Positions 39,187 to 47,972 of a stretch of DNA of 64,000 bases are shown here, one piece after another. This stretch comes from Candidatus Latescibacterota bacterium (lineage in GTDB: Bacteria; Latescibacterota; UBA2968; UBA8231). Under the pieces are notes generated by a model. That model was not told the DNA's origin and did no database searches. It worked only from the letters and a program-made list of their open reading frames with translations. Where the stretch lies: positions 2,432,001 through 2,496,000 of the forward strand of contig OY730476.1 in assembly GCA_963422735.1 (NCBI GenBank). Reading direction: 5' to 3'. Position numbers and translations under genes: made by a program. Each line of letters opens with the position of its first letter. The first letter of the stretch is position 1.

Positions 39187-40200
39187 ATGTCGATTCTACC
39201 GGGAAAAAACAGTGATTTTCTCAAGATCGCGGTCGCTGCCGCCGGGCGCGGCGACCTCCAAACGGTCCAAGCCGTATTGGCGCAGAAGCCAGCGTGGATC
39301 AGCCGCGTTGGTTCGCATGGCCGCACCATGTTGTGGGAAGCCGCGTACCGGGGGCGGCTCGCCATGGTCGATTACCTGCTCGATCAAGGCGCTGACATCC
39401 ACGCCTGCGGCTGTCACTTCACGCCGCTGCTAGTCGAAATCTCTCCCTACTGTGCCGCCCGTTACAAGCGCCATGATGCGGTCGCTGACCGGCTGCTAAC
39501 ACGCGGTGCATCAAGCGATATATACACCGCCGCCTTTCTCGGTGATGGCGATGCGGTCGCCGACTACCTCGACCGAGAACCGGAACTGGCAACGGCCGAG
39601 AAAGCGCAGCACGATTCCAGTCGGGGCATGACGGTTTTGCACTACGCCGTCAGTGCCGGGCACCTCAACGTCCTCTCGATGCTGTTGGCGCGGGATGCCG
39701 ATCCGCGGCCATACAGCGGCTGGCTGATTCGCTTTGCCGTGTGGCGGGATCGCGCCGATATCCTCAAGGCTCTGCTCGACGCCGGGGCCGATCCGACCCA
39801 CGCCGAGGCCCCTCGCTCCGGCATCGTCAATGCCGAGATCATCGAATTGTTGACCGCTCGCGGCGTCTCAGTGGATGTGGACCATGCCGAGGGCGGCTGG
39901 CCGCCCCTTGTCTTTCAGGCACGCGGTGATCGGGGCGGCAATGCCCAACGCGTGCGCGAGCTGCTCGACTGCGGTGCTAACGTCAATGTCAGGAATCACA
40001 AGGGCCAGACGGCCTTGCACTGCGCCGCCAAAGCAGGGTTCGACCCAATCGTTGCCTTGCTGCTCGACCGCGGGGCCGAAGTCAACGCCAAAGACGACAA
40101 AGGTGCAACGCCGTTGGCGACCGCATTGCGCTCAAAGGTGAAAGACAGGAATAGACTCGCGGCCGTCATCGACCTGCTCACCGATGCTGGTGGCGTTTGA
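39187..40200 (+). CDS. Ankyrin repeat protein
   Basis: GQTALHCAAKAG...VALLLDRGAEVNAKDDKGATPL and similar repeats. Confidence 0.9.
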   Translation: MSILPGKNSDFLKIAVAAAGRGDLQTVQAVLAQKPAWISRVGSHGRTMLWEAAYRGRLAMVDYLLDQGADIHACGCHFTPLLVEISPYCAARYKRHDAVADRLLTRGASSDIYTAAFLGDGDAVADYLDREPELATAEKAQHDSSRGMTVLHYAVSAGHLNVLSMLLARDADPRPYSGWLIRFAVWRDRADILKALLDAGADPTHAEAPRSGIVNAEIIELLTARGVSVDVDHAEGGWPPLVFQARGDRGGNAQRVRELLDCGANVNVRNHKGQTALHCAAKAGFDPIVALLLDRGAEVNAKDDKGATPLATALRSKVKDRNRLAAVIDLLTDAGGV

Positions 40201-40293
40201 GAATTGGCTGAAGGAACATAGATAGCCTGCACAGTGGGTACACATTGCTGACGCTCGTCCCTTGCATCCGACGACACAATTAATGTTTTATAC

Positions 40294-40330
40294 ATAAACC
40301 TTAATAACAACGAGAGTTATTAAGGTTTAT
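40294..40330. promoter_or_regulatory. Perfect 15-bp inverted repeat upstream of the Fic gene (probable operator)
   Basis: ATAAACCTTAATAAC-N7-GTTATTAAGGTTTAT, 30 bp before ATG 40361. Confidence 0.6.
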
Positions 40331-40360
40331 TTGATAAGCACTTAACGAGGGGATCGCTCC

Positions 40361-41524
40361 ATGAAACGCGGTGAAACCGGCCGGTACGAAAGTACGACCG
40401 TTGGCGATGAGACGGTGCGGGCTTTCGTGCCTGCGCCGCTTCCGCCCACGCCTGCGCTGGATCGGGTAGCTCTGCAAGGATCGTTGGAGAAAGCATTGCT
40501 AGCGCTGGGCCGGTTGGACAGCCTCTCCGCGTTGCTGCCCGACGCTCACCTTTTCCTTTATACCTATGTTCGCAAGGAGGCCGTGCTGTCCTCCCAGATC
40601 GAAGGTACCCAGTCCTCACTGTCGGATCTTCTGTTGTTTGAACTAGAGGAGATGCCAGGTATCCCCCTCGACGATGTTGTCGAGGTCTCGAATTATGTGG
40701 CGGCACTAGAATATGGATTGCGCCGGATACGCGAGGGATTCCCGCTCTGCAATCGCCTCATCCGCGAGACCCATGCCGAGTTGCTCGCACGGGGCCGCGG
40801 CAGCGACAAAACCCCAGGTGAATTCCGGCACTCACAAAACTGGATTGGCGGCAGTCGGCCCGCAACGGCGCGCTTTGTGCCCGCGCCGGCACACGCCGTT
40901 GCGGAGTGCATGTCGGACTTAGAGCGATTCCTCCATATAGAGGATTGCAGATTGCCCGCGCTCCTGCGGGCGGGACTCGCCCACGTCCAATTCGAGACCA
41001 TCCATCCCTTCCTCGACGGCAACGGACGAGTCGGCCGCCTGCTGATCGCATTCCTGTTATGTCACGACGGTGTGCTGCGCGAGCCGCTGCTATATTTAAG
41101 CCTCTACTTCAAACAGCACCGAGAGAGCTAGTACGACCTCCTCAATGATGTACGGAAAAACGGTGCCTGGGAAGCGTGGCTCGCGTTCTTTCTCGACGGC
41201 GTGACGCAAACCGCGGAGGGAGCCGTCTCGACCGCACAGCGGTTGCTTTCTCTGTTTCAGAAAGACCAAGTAAAGATACAACAGACAGGTCGTGCGGCAG
41301 GGTCGGCGCTGCGCGTCCACCAGGCTTTGCAGGAGCACCCGATTGCGTCGCTCCAAGAACTTGCCAAGCGCACGGAACTTTCGTTCCCCGCGGTTACCGC
41401 CGGAATCCAGATACTCGAACGGATCAGAGTGGTGCGCGAATTGACGGGCAAGAAGCGAAACCGGCTTTTCGGCTATGATCAATATCTTACCATCCCTAAC
41501 CGCCGGTCTAATAGGAAAAGGAAA
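40361..41524 (+). pseudogene. Fic family protein (Fic_N, Fic, C-terminal HTH) with in-frame amber stop at 41129
   Basis: EAVLSSQIEGT, HPFLDGNGRVGR; the frame continues past TAG as YDLL..VR..G.WEAWL.FFL...ELTGKKRNRLF. Confidence 0.85.
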
Positions 41525-42625
41525 ATGCAACCAACGCCAATCACCCCAAACGCGAAGCAAGTCCCGCTCCTAACCGCGAGCCAGATCGCCCAGTTCAAGC
41601 GCGACGGATTCTTAGTGCTCCCCGCCGTACTCGACCCCGAACTCTGCCACCGGGCCAGGGACGAAATGTGGGCTGCGATTGCAACCTACCTGCCTCGCAT
41701 AAAGCGGGACGAGCCCTCCTCTTGGGGGTCGATCACCGAGGAAGAAAGCACCGTGCTAAACGCGCAGCGGCCCGAGATCGGCGGCGACCCCTATTTCGCC
41801 GGCAACGGCCACCGCTTCTATGTTCGCAACGGCACCGAGCGATTCATGCTCGACTTGGCCCCTCGGGCCTTGTGGCAAGTCGCCGAGCAATTGCTTGGCG
41901 AGGGCACGGTGGTCTGGCCCGCTGGAGAGGATGACTCCGGCATCACAACGGGCCCGTGCTTCATGTGCGACGACGCGGTGGGAGGGCTGGCTACCCACCT
42001 GGGCAGAGAGATCGAGAGGTGGCCCGAGAAAGGATCCTTCACCACTGAGGAAGCACTGCGCCTGCCCAAGACCGGCCCGGTGTGGCTCAACGGACAAGGG
42101 ACGCGCGGCTTGTATTGCACTCTGCCCAATAGCCCTTCTCCTGGTCCCGAATACCGAGGTGCCCACTCCGACGGTGCCTGCTACGGCCGCTGGCGGCTAC
42201 AAATGTCTGCCTACATAGACGACCTGCCGCCCAACTCCGGCGGCTTTACGGTGTGGCCGGGCAGCCACGGCCGGATTTGGCGCGAGCAGTGGCAGGCCTT
42301 CCTCGCAGGCGAAAAACACACCGACAAACACTGGGCGGAACGCAAGGCCGGTGGCTACAACGATCCCGTCATTCAACGCATCAAGGTCGATACCCAGCCC
42401 GTCGATTGCTACGGCCCCGCCGGCACGGTGGTTTTGTGGCACACCAAAATTTTGCATATCGCCGGGCAAAATCTATCTACCGACGTCATCCGCCAAGCGA
42501 CCATCTACGGATTCCTCAAAACGCCGGCATCCCTCCCCGATCCGCTGGTAGTGGACAACACCAACGGCGACATTTGGCGGGATTGGTCTGACGAAGTGCG
42601 CGCCGTCGATGAGCACCAAGAATAG
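41525..42625 (+). CDS. Phytanoyl-CoA dioxygenase (PhyH) family protein
   Basis: QFKRDGFLVL, HSD, GGFTVWPGSH, GTVVLWH..ILH. Confidence 0.85.
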   Translation: MQPTPITPNAKQVPLLTASQIAQFKRDGFLVLPAVLDPELCHRARDEMWAAIATYLPRIKRDEPSSWGSITEEESTVLNAQRPEIGGDPYFAGNGHRFYVRNGTERFMLDLAPRALWQVAEQLLGEGTVVWPAGEDDSGITTGPCFMCDDAVGGLATHLGREIERWPEKGSFTTEEALRLPKTGPVWLNGQGTRGLYCTLPNSPSPGPEYRGAHSDGACYGRWRLQMSAYIDDLPPNSGGFTVWPGSHGRIWREQWQAFLAGEKHTDKHWAERKAGGYNDPVIQRIKVDTQPVDCYGPAGTVVLWHTKILHIAGQNLSTDVIRQATIYGFLKTPASLPDPLVVDNTNGDIWRDWSDEVRAVDEHQE

Positions 42626-42842
42626 CGACTCTTATTCCCAGAGACCGTCGGACTCTGGTTGTTCGACGAGCTACAGCGCCCCAATGCGACTGGACCCTTG
42701 AATGGTGCGCACTGGACGACCTAACCACCCCGTTTTCGACAATTCAAAGGCGTACGAGCCCTTCCGTCCGCACCGCTTCAACATCGCCTAGGGGAGAATA
42801 GACGCGGGGGTGAGTCCCTTGATGGGCTCGTGGGCTGGCTGG

Positions 42843-43230
42843 CTAACCGAGGAGCCTACGTGTTCGCTTCGCCTGACGCGATGCACTAGCGGCGCAGGCG
42901 GCAATGTCGAGACGTTCTGGGACGACCAATGCGGCCGCTAAGCGTTCATTATAAAACACGATCCAGCTACAATATATTGGGCGAGCGCGGTTTCGGGCGG
43001 CGCGGCGTTTTGTTCGAGCACGACGACCTCTTGCTCGACGTGGCGGGCGAGCCATTGCCGGGGTTCAGCTTAGCCGAATGTGAACCCTTGACCGGCGATT
43101 GCATCCGCTTTGTGATGCGCGGCGAGCGGCGCATCAGGGCGAGCGCGTGCGGTTGCAGTTTTCGTGGCAGCGCGGCAAGATATTCGCTTTCCAGTTCTCG
43201 CACGGCATACCCCAATAACCCGCAATCAGC
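42843..43230 (-). pseudogene. Possible decayed RelE/Gp49-type toxin and HTH antitoxin
   Basis: EYLAALPRKLQ..AL.L and NKTPRR segments resemble Gp49-type toxins; heavily eroded. Confidence 0.3.
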
Positions 43231-43395
43231 CGTAGGCACCTTGCTGCCCATTTCAGTCATGCTGAGCGCAGCACTTTACCGCGCCTTGTCCTGCTAAAGG
43301 CAAGGTGAAGCTGGCGCGAACAACATCTCATACTTACAGAAGTCAGTTACAGGTTCTATTGCACCCCCTATCCGCCCGCCGTACCTTGCCTCCCC

Positions 43396-44607
43396 ATGAG
43401 TTTACGTATCGGTATCGTCGGCACGGGCGCTTTTGCCCAGAGCTTTATTCCCCTCTTCAAAGCACATCCCCTCGTCGGCCAAGTCGTCCTCTGTGATTTG
43501 GATGGCGAGAAGTTGCAGCGCAATGCCGCCAAACACGGGATAACCGATCTAAGCCCCTCGCTCGACGCGCTCTGCGAATCGTCCATAGACGCCGTTTGCC
43601 TCTTCACCCAAAACTGGCTCCACGGCCCCCAAGCCGTCCAAGCCCTAGAGGCTGACAAACACGTGTACTCAGCCGTGCCCCCCGGCATGAGCTGCGCGGA
43701 AATAGAAAACCTGATCGCGGCCGTTGTGCGCAGCAGCAAAGTGTACATGCTCGGCGAGACCAGCTATTACTATCCCGGCGTACTCTATTGCCGCCAGCAG
43801 TACGCCCGCGGCGCTTTTGGCCAGATTGTCTATGGCCAAGCCGAGTACTACCACGACTGGGATCACGGCCTCTACGACGTGGCTCGCTGGCGTGGCGGAG
43901 AAAATTGGCGAGAGACCGCCGGTATCCCGCCGATGTATTACCCGACCCATTCGACGAGTCAGATCATCTCCGTTACGGGTGCCCACATGACGCATGTGTC
44001 TTGCCAGGGCTTCCGCGACGAGCACGCCGACGGCATCTACCCGCATAACGGCTGGCAAAACCCCTTCAGCAACCAGAGCGCCCTGTACAAGATGTCCGAT
44101 GGCAGCATCTGCCGCATCAACGAGTTCCGCCGCATCGGCCACCCCGGCTGCGTGCAGATGATTCTCCAAGGTAGCGAAGGCTGCTTCGAGCAATCCGCCA
44201 GTGGTGCCCGTTGGCTAACCAAAGACCACACCCAACAAGAAAACCTAGACCTGCTCCTAGCTTGCACCGGCCAGCCGCGCCGCTTCACCACGCCTTTAGG
44301 CGTGACATCCAACGATCCAATGGATAAAGTCACCGCGACCGACGGCACCCACCTCGGCGCATCGGCCGTTCACCCGGTCGAGTGCCTGCCGCACGAGTTC
44401 GCTGGCCTGCCCAATGGCCACGCGGGCGCGCATCAGTTCCTCGTCCACGACTTCGTCACAGCCTGCGCCAGCGGCCAGCTTCCGCCTAACAACGCCTGGG
44501 ACGCGGCGCGCTACATGCTTCCCGGCCTCGTCGCCCACGAGTCCGCACTCCAAGGAGGTACCCTCCTCCCCATACCCGACCTCGGCGATCCGCCACAGTA
44601 TCGTTGA
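43396..44607 (+). CDS. Gfo/Idh/MocA family oxidoreductase
   Basis: IGIVGTGAF, H...AVQAL...KHVYSAVP, YMLGETS, EYYHD, YPTHS. Confidence 0.92.
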   Translation: MSLRIGIVGTGAFAQSFIPLFKAHPLVGQVVLCDLDGEKLQRNAAKHGITDLSPSLDALCESSIDAVCLFTQNWLHGPQAVQALEADKHVYSAVPPGMSCAEIENLIAAVVRSSKVYMLGETSYYYPGVLYCRQQYARGAFGQIVYGQAEYYHDWDHGLYDVARWRGGENWRETAGIPPMYYPTHSTSQIISVTGAHMTHVSCQGFRDEHADGIYPHNGWQNPFSNQSALYKMSDGSICRINEFRRIGHPGCVQMILQGSEGCFEQSASGARWLTKDHTQQENLDLLLACTGQPRRFTTPLGVTSNDPMDKVTATDGTHLGASAVHPVECLPHEFAGLPNGHAGAHQFLVHDFVTACASGQLPPNNAWDAARYMLPGLVAHESALQGGTLLPIPDLGDPPQYR

Positions 44608-44692
44608 CAGTGGCATGACTGCGGAGAGTTGGTGTAGCCTTTGCAAATAACGATGAGCGGCGCATGGCACAGCTCACCCACCGCTTAAAAAC

Positions 44693-44798
44693 GGTCTATT
44701 GAGACGTCTATCCGGCCGCTGTATATTGCCCACCATGAATTTACGTATCAGCACCTTCCCTCAGAGCTCTATTCCCCGCTTCAAAGCGCATCTCTTCG
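44693..44798 (+). repeat. Diverged direct copy of the upstream region and 5' end of the 43396 gene
   Basis: TATCCGGCCGCTGTATATTGCCCACCATGAATTTACGTATC...CAGAGCTCTATTCCCCGCTTCAAAGCGCATC matches 43353-43473 with an internal deletion. Confidence 0.7.
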
Positions 44799-44799
44799 C

Positions 44800-46254
44800 A
44801 TGAACAAAGTAGAAATCCCGCCGCCCGAAGGCGTGTTCGCCCAGCCTTGGTCGCTGAGGAAAATTTTAGGTATGCTCGCCGTCTTCGGCCCAGCGGCCAT
44901 CGTCGCCTCGGTCGCTATCGGTGCCGGCGAGACCATCGTAGTGGTGCGGGCCGGTGCTTGGGCCGGCTATGGCTTGTTGTGGATGGTCTTGCTCAGCTGC
45001 TTGGTCAAGGGCGTCTTCTTCACCTATCTGATCGGCCGCTACACAGCCGTCAGCGGCGAGTTGATCGGTCACCGCCTCGTGCGCCTGCCCGGGCCGCGCG
45101 GATGGCTGCTATTGACCATCCTGCTCTTTGAGATGATCGGCGCGCCTCTAGCTTGGGTGCCCATCTCCAAGCCCTGCGGCGACCTTTTTCACTTCTTGCT
45201 GCGCGACCTGCTGCCCGCCAGCGAGGAAGAAGTCTTCTGGGAAAACGCCATAACCTCGGCCTTTATTGCCTTGGCGCTGTCCTTTGGCATCCGCCTGTCT
45301 TTTGAACGCCTCGAAAAACAACAGCTCATCATCTGCGCGATCCTAGTCATGGGGACCCTCGCCGGGACCCTCATCGTGCGTCCAGACTTTATAGCGGCAC
45401 TTGTGGGGACCTTCCGCTTTGGCGACCTACCGCCCTTCCCAGACTGGGCACCCGCCGACACAGTCGCGCATCCGCTGCTGACGTTGGGCACCACCTTTGG
45501 CTACGTCGGCGGCTCGGTCATTGGCTACATCGCCTACGCCAACTGGGTCGGCCTGCACAAGTGGGGGCTGACTGGCCACCAAGACATCGAGGCTATCCGA
45601 GATCGCGCCGCCCGCAGCGATGCCATCGACTACCTACCCGACGACCCCAAGCAAATCCGCCATCTGCGGCAACGGGTATCGCCGCTGCGCTGGGACGTGG
45701 CACTGGGAGCGCTGGTCCTCTTCATCGTCACCGGGGCCTTTATGATTTCCGGGGCAGCCGTGCTCTTCCCACTCGAAACCCGCTTCGAGGGCTGGAACCT
45801 GCTGACGCACCAAGCCCACGTCTGGCGTCAGATTCACCCGACCTTGGTGTGGATTTACTACGTCTGCATCCTCGCCGCGCTGTGGGGCACCCTGCAAGCC
45901 CTGCCCGAAATCTACGCCCGCGTGGCCCAAGAGTTTCTCGCCGCCCGCTGGCCCGACCGCACTTGGGAATACCAGGCGATCAAGCGCGTCATCTGCCTCT
46001 ACATCTTCGCCACCACTATGCTCATCGTCTGGAACAACGTCCCTTTCGATATCCTGACCCAGATTGCCGGCTTCCTCATCGCCAATCTGGCCATTGCCAT
46101 AATGATGGGGGCAGCCATCTATCTCAACTTCAAGCTGCCCGCCTCCTACCGCACTCGCGCATGGGTCCTCGGCGGCGCAGTGCTCTCGACCGTGGTACTG
46201 ATTACCTCGGCCGTCGTCAGCGGTTGGGGGCTGTTGCAAAAGCTGGGGGGCTGA
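44800..46254 (+). CDS. Nramp-like (APC superfamily) transporter
   Basis: FGPAAIVASVAIGAGE...GA..GYGLLW...IGRYT..SGE; about 11 TM segments. Confidence 0.8.
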   Translation: MNKVEIPPPEGVFAQPWSLRKILGMLAVFGPAAIVASVAIGAGETIVVVRAGAWAGYGLLWMVLLSCLVKGVFFTYLIGRYTAVSGELIGHRLVRLPGPRGWLLLTILLFEMIGAPLAWVPISKPCGDLFHFLLRDLLPASEEEVFWENAITSAFIALALSFGIRLSFERLEKQQLIICAILVMGTLAGTLIVRPDFIAALVGTFRFGDLPPFPDWAPADTVAHPLLTLGTTFGYVGGSVIGYIAYANWVGLHKWGLTGHQDIEAIRDRAARSDAIDYLPDDPKQIRHLRQRVSPLRWDVALGALVLFIVTGAFMISGAAVLFPLETRFEGWNLLTHQAHVWRQIHPTLVWIYYVCILAALWGTLQALPEIYARVAQEFLAARWPDRTWEYQAIKRVICLYIFATTMLIVWNNVPFDILTQIAGFLIANLAIAIMMGAAIYLNFKLPASYRTRAWVLGGAVLSTVVLITSAVVSGWGLLQKLGG

Positions 46255-46454
46255 CGGGCGGCTACGATACCCTTCATCTGCACTATCCCTACAGGCGGCG
46301 TATATGCGCTCGCGCTTGGAGCGCATCGCGGAGGCTCTGCATCCAAGGGCACCTCGTGAACGGCACCGATTCTTTTATATGTCGGATCAATCCCTGAGCC
46401 GATAACAGCGACCTTCACGGGGTAATCCGTTGTCGGTCGATTGGTCAAAAGCAT
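46251..46454 (-). pseudogene. S8 (subtilase)-like peptidase fragment
   Basis: PVKVAVIGSGID resembles V.VAVIDSGID, followed by GIVA; short and degenerate. Confidence 0.35.
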
Positions 46455-46692
46455 GTTCTGCCCTCTGGCAAGGCAGCAAGACGGGGCAACGCTAGCGTAA
46501 AGACGGGTCGCTCCCCCGATTCGCCGGCCGATCTCTTATAGCGAAGACTAGTTTTATAGGGAAGCTGGATTCAGGTTCCAGACCTCCAGCGAGGATGTCA
46601 GTTGCGAGGTAAATGAGGGGGTTTGTGCATCCATGAACGGTCATACTTAAACGGCAATTAGAATCCGAAAATTTGGCAAGGGAATTTGGCAA

Positions 46693-47105
46693 ATGGAAGC
46701 TATTCGCTTGGGTTTAGTCGGGTCGGGCGGCATGGCCCAAAGCCAGGCTGCCGCGTTTGCGGCCATGGAAGGCTGTAAGCTAACGGCCCTAGCCGCTCGC
46801 AACGAGCGCACCGGGGCCGAGTTGGCCCAGCGGCACGAGGCAGAGTTGCTGGGCCATTGGCAGGCCCTGATCGAGCGAGCCGATATAGACGCCGTGGCGA
46901 TCTGCACCAACAATGACAGCCACGCCCCCATTGCCGCAGCCGCCCTGAAAGCGGGCAAACACGCATTCTTGGAATACCCCTTGGCGCGCGCCTCGACGAA
47001 GGAGAAGCCTTGGCAGACTTAGCGCGGGCGACCGGCAAGGTGCTGCGCGTAGCCCATCCCGAAGTGGTATCGGCTGAGCATCGGCAGCTCAAAGAGGCGG
47101 CGGCC
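46693..47105 (+). pseudogene. Gfo/Idh/MocA oxidoreductase N-terminal fragment, frameshifted near 46995
   Basis: LGLVGSGGM...DIDAVAICT.N.SH...ALKAGKHAFLEYPLA, then LARATGKVLRVAH in another frame. Confidence 0.75.
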
Positions 47106-47972
47106 TCCCTCGGGCGAGGAGTTGCTGTCGTACCGCACGGCCATCCTCGGCGTCGCACTGGGCCTCGCGGTCATGTCGCTGTGGCTGTGGCGCTCTGGCC
47201 TGCCACCGTGGGCAGTCTTCGTCTATCTATTCGGGGCGTTTGTCATCTTTTTGGCCCTGACGCGGATGATCGTCGAAGCCGGTTTAGCCGCGGCCGTACA
47301 GGGCATGTCGGGCTGCGGCTTTCTCATTTCCAGCGTTGGCTCCTCGTCTCTTGGAGTAGCCGGGGTGCTGGCCACGGGTATGACCCTCGCTTGGGCCGGC
47401 GATCTGCTGGTCTTTATGATGGCCCCCTGCGCCAACGGCATTCGCATGTTGCACGGCCTAAGCCGCTACAAGCGCCGCATCCTCGCGATGATCGGGCTGG
47501 CCATGGCCATTGGCCTCGTGGGTGGGGTTGGCACGATCCTCGTGCTGAGCTACCACTACGGCGCGAACAACTACCACGGCTCGTGGGCTTGGTTTGCCAA
47601 GGAGCCGTTTCGCGTCGCCCGCAACTTCGCGTCAATCCGACCGGCCCCAATTGGGATGGCTGGCTGTGGAACGGAGTCGGCGCGGCGATTATGGCGCTGT
47701 TGATCTGGGCGCGGCACCACCTTTTGTGGTGGCCCTTCCATCCGCTGGGCTATCTGGCCAGCGGCACTTGGATCCTCAACAGCGTCTGGTTCAGCATCTT
47801 CCTCGCGTGGCTGGTCAAGGCACTCGTGTTGAAGTACACCGGGCCGAATGGATACAAGGCGACGCGGTGGTTTTTCCTCGGCATGGTGCTGGGGCAGTTC
47901 GTCGCCGGGGGATTCTGGATGGTCGTTGATGGGTTTACGGGCATGACCGGGAATAGGATTCGGATGTTTTGA
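47106..47972 (+). pseudogene. DUF6785/6784-like membrane protein C-terminal half, frameshifted near 47640
   Basis: GEELLSYRTAILG matches GEILSYRSAVIG of the 32832 protein; WWPFHPLG, WFSIFLAWLVK, FFLGMVLGQF. Confidence 0.8.

Noticed and set aside
41129-41131. Amber recoding (pyrrolysine or alternative genetic code)
   Set aside because: TAG ends several intact genes here (7268, 10064, 12903, 23264) and no pyl genes are visible; a nonsense mutation is simpler
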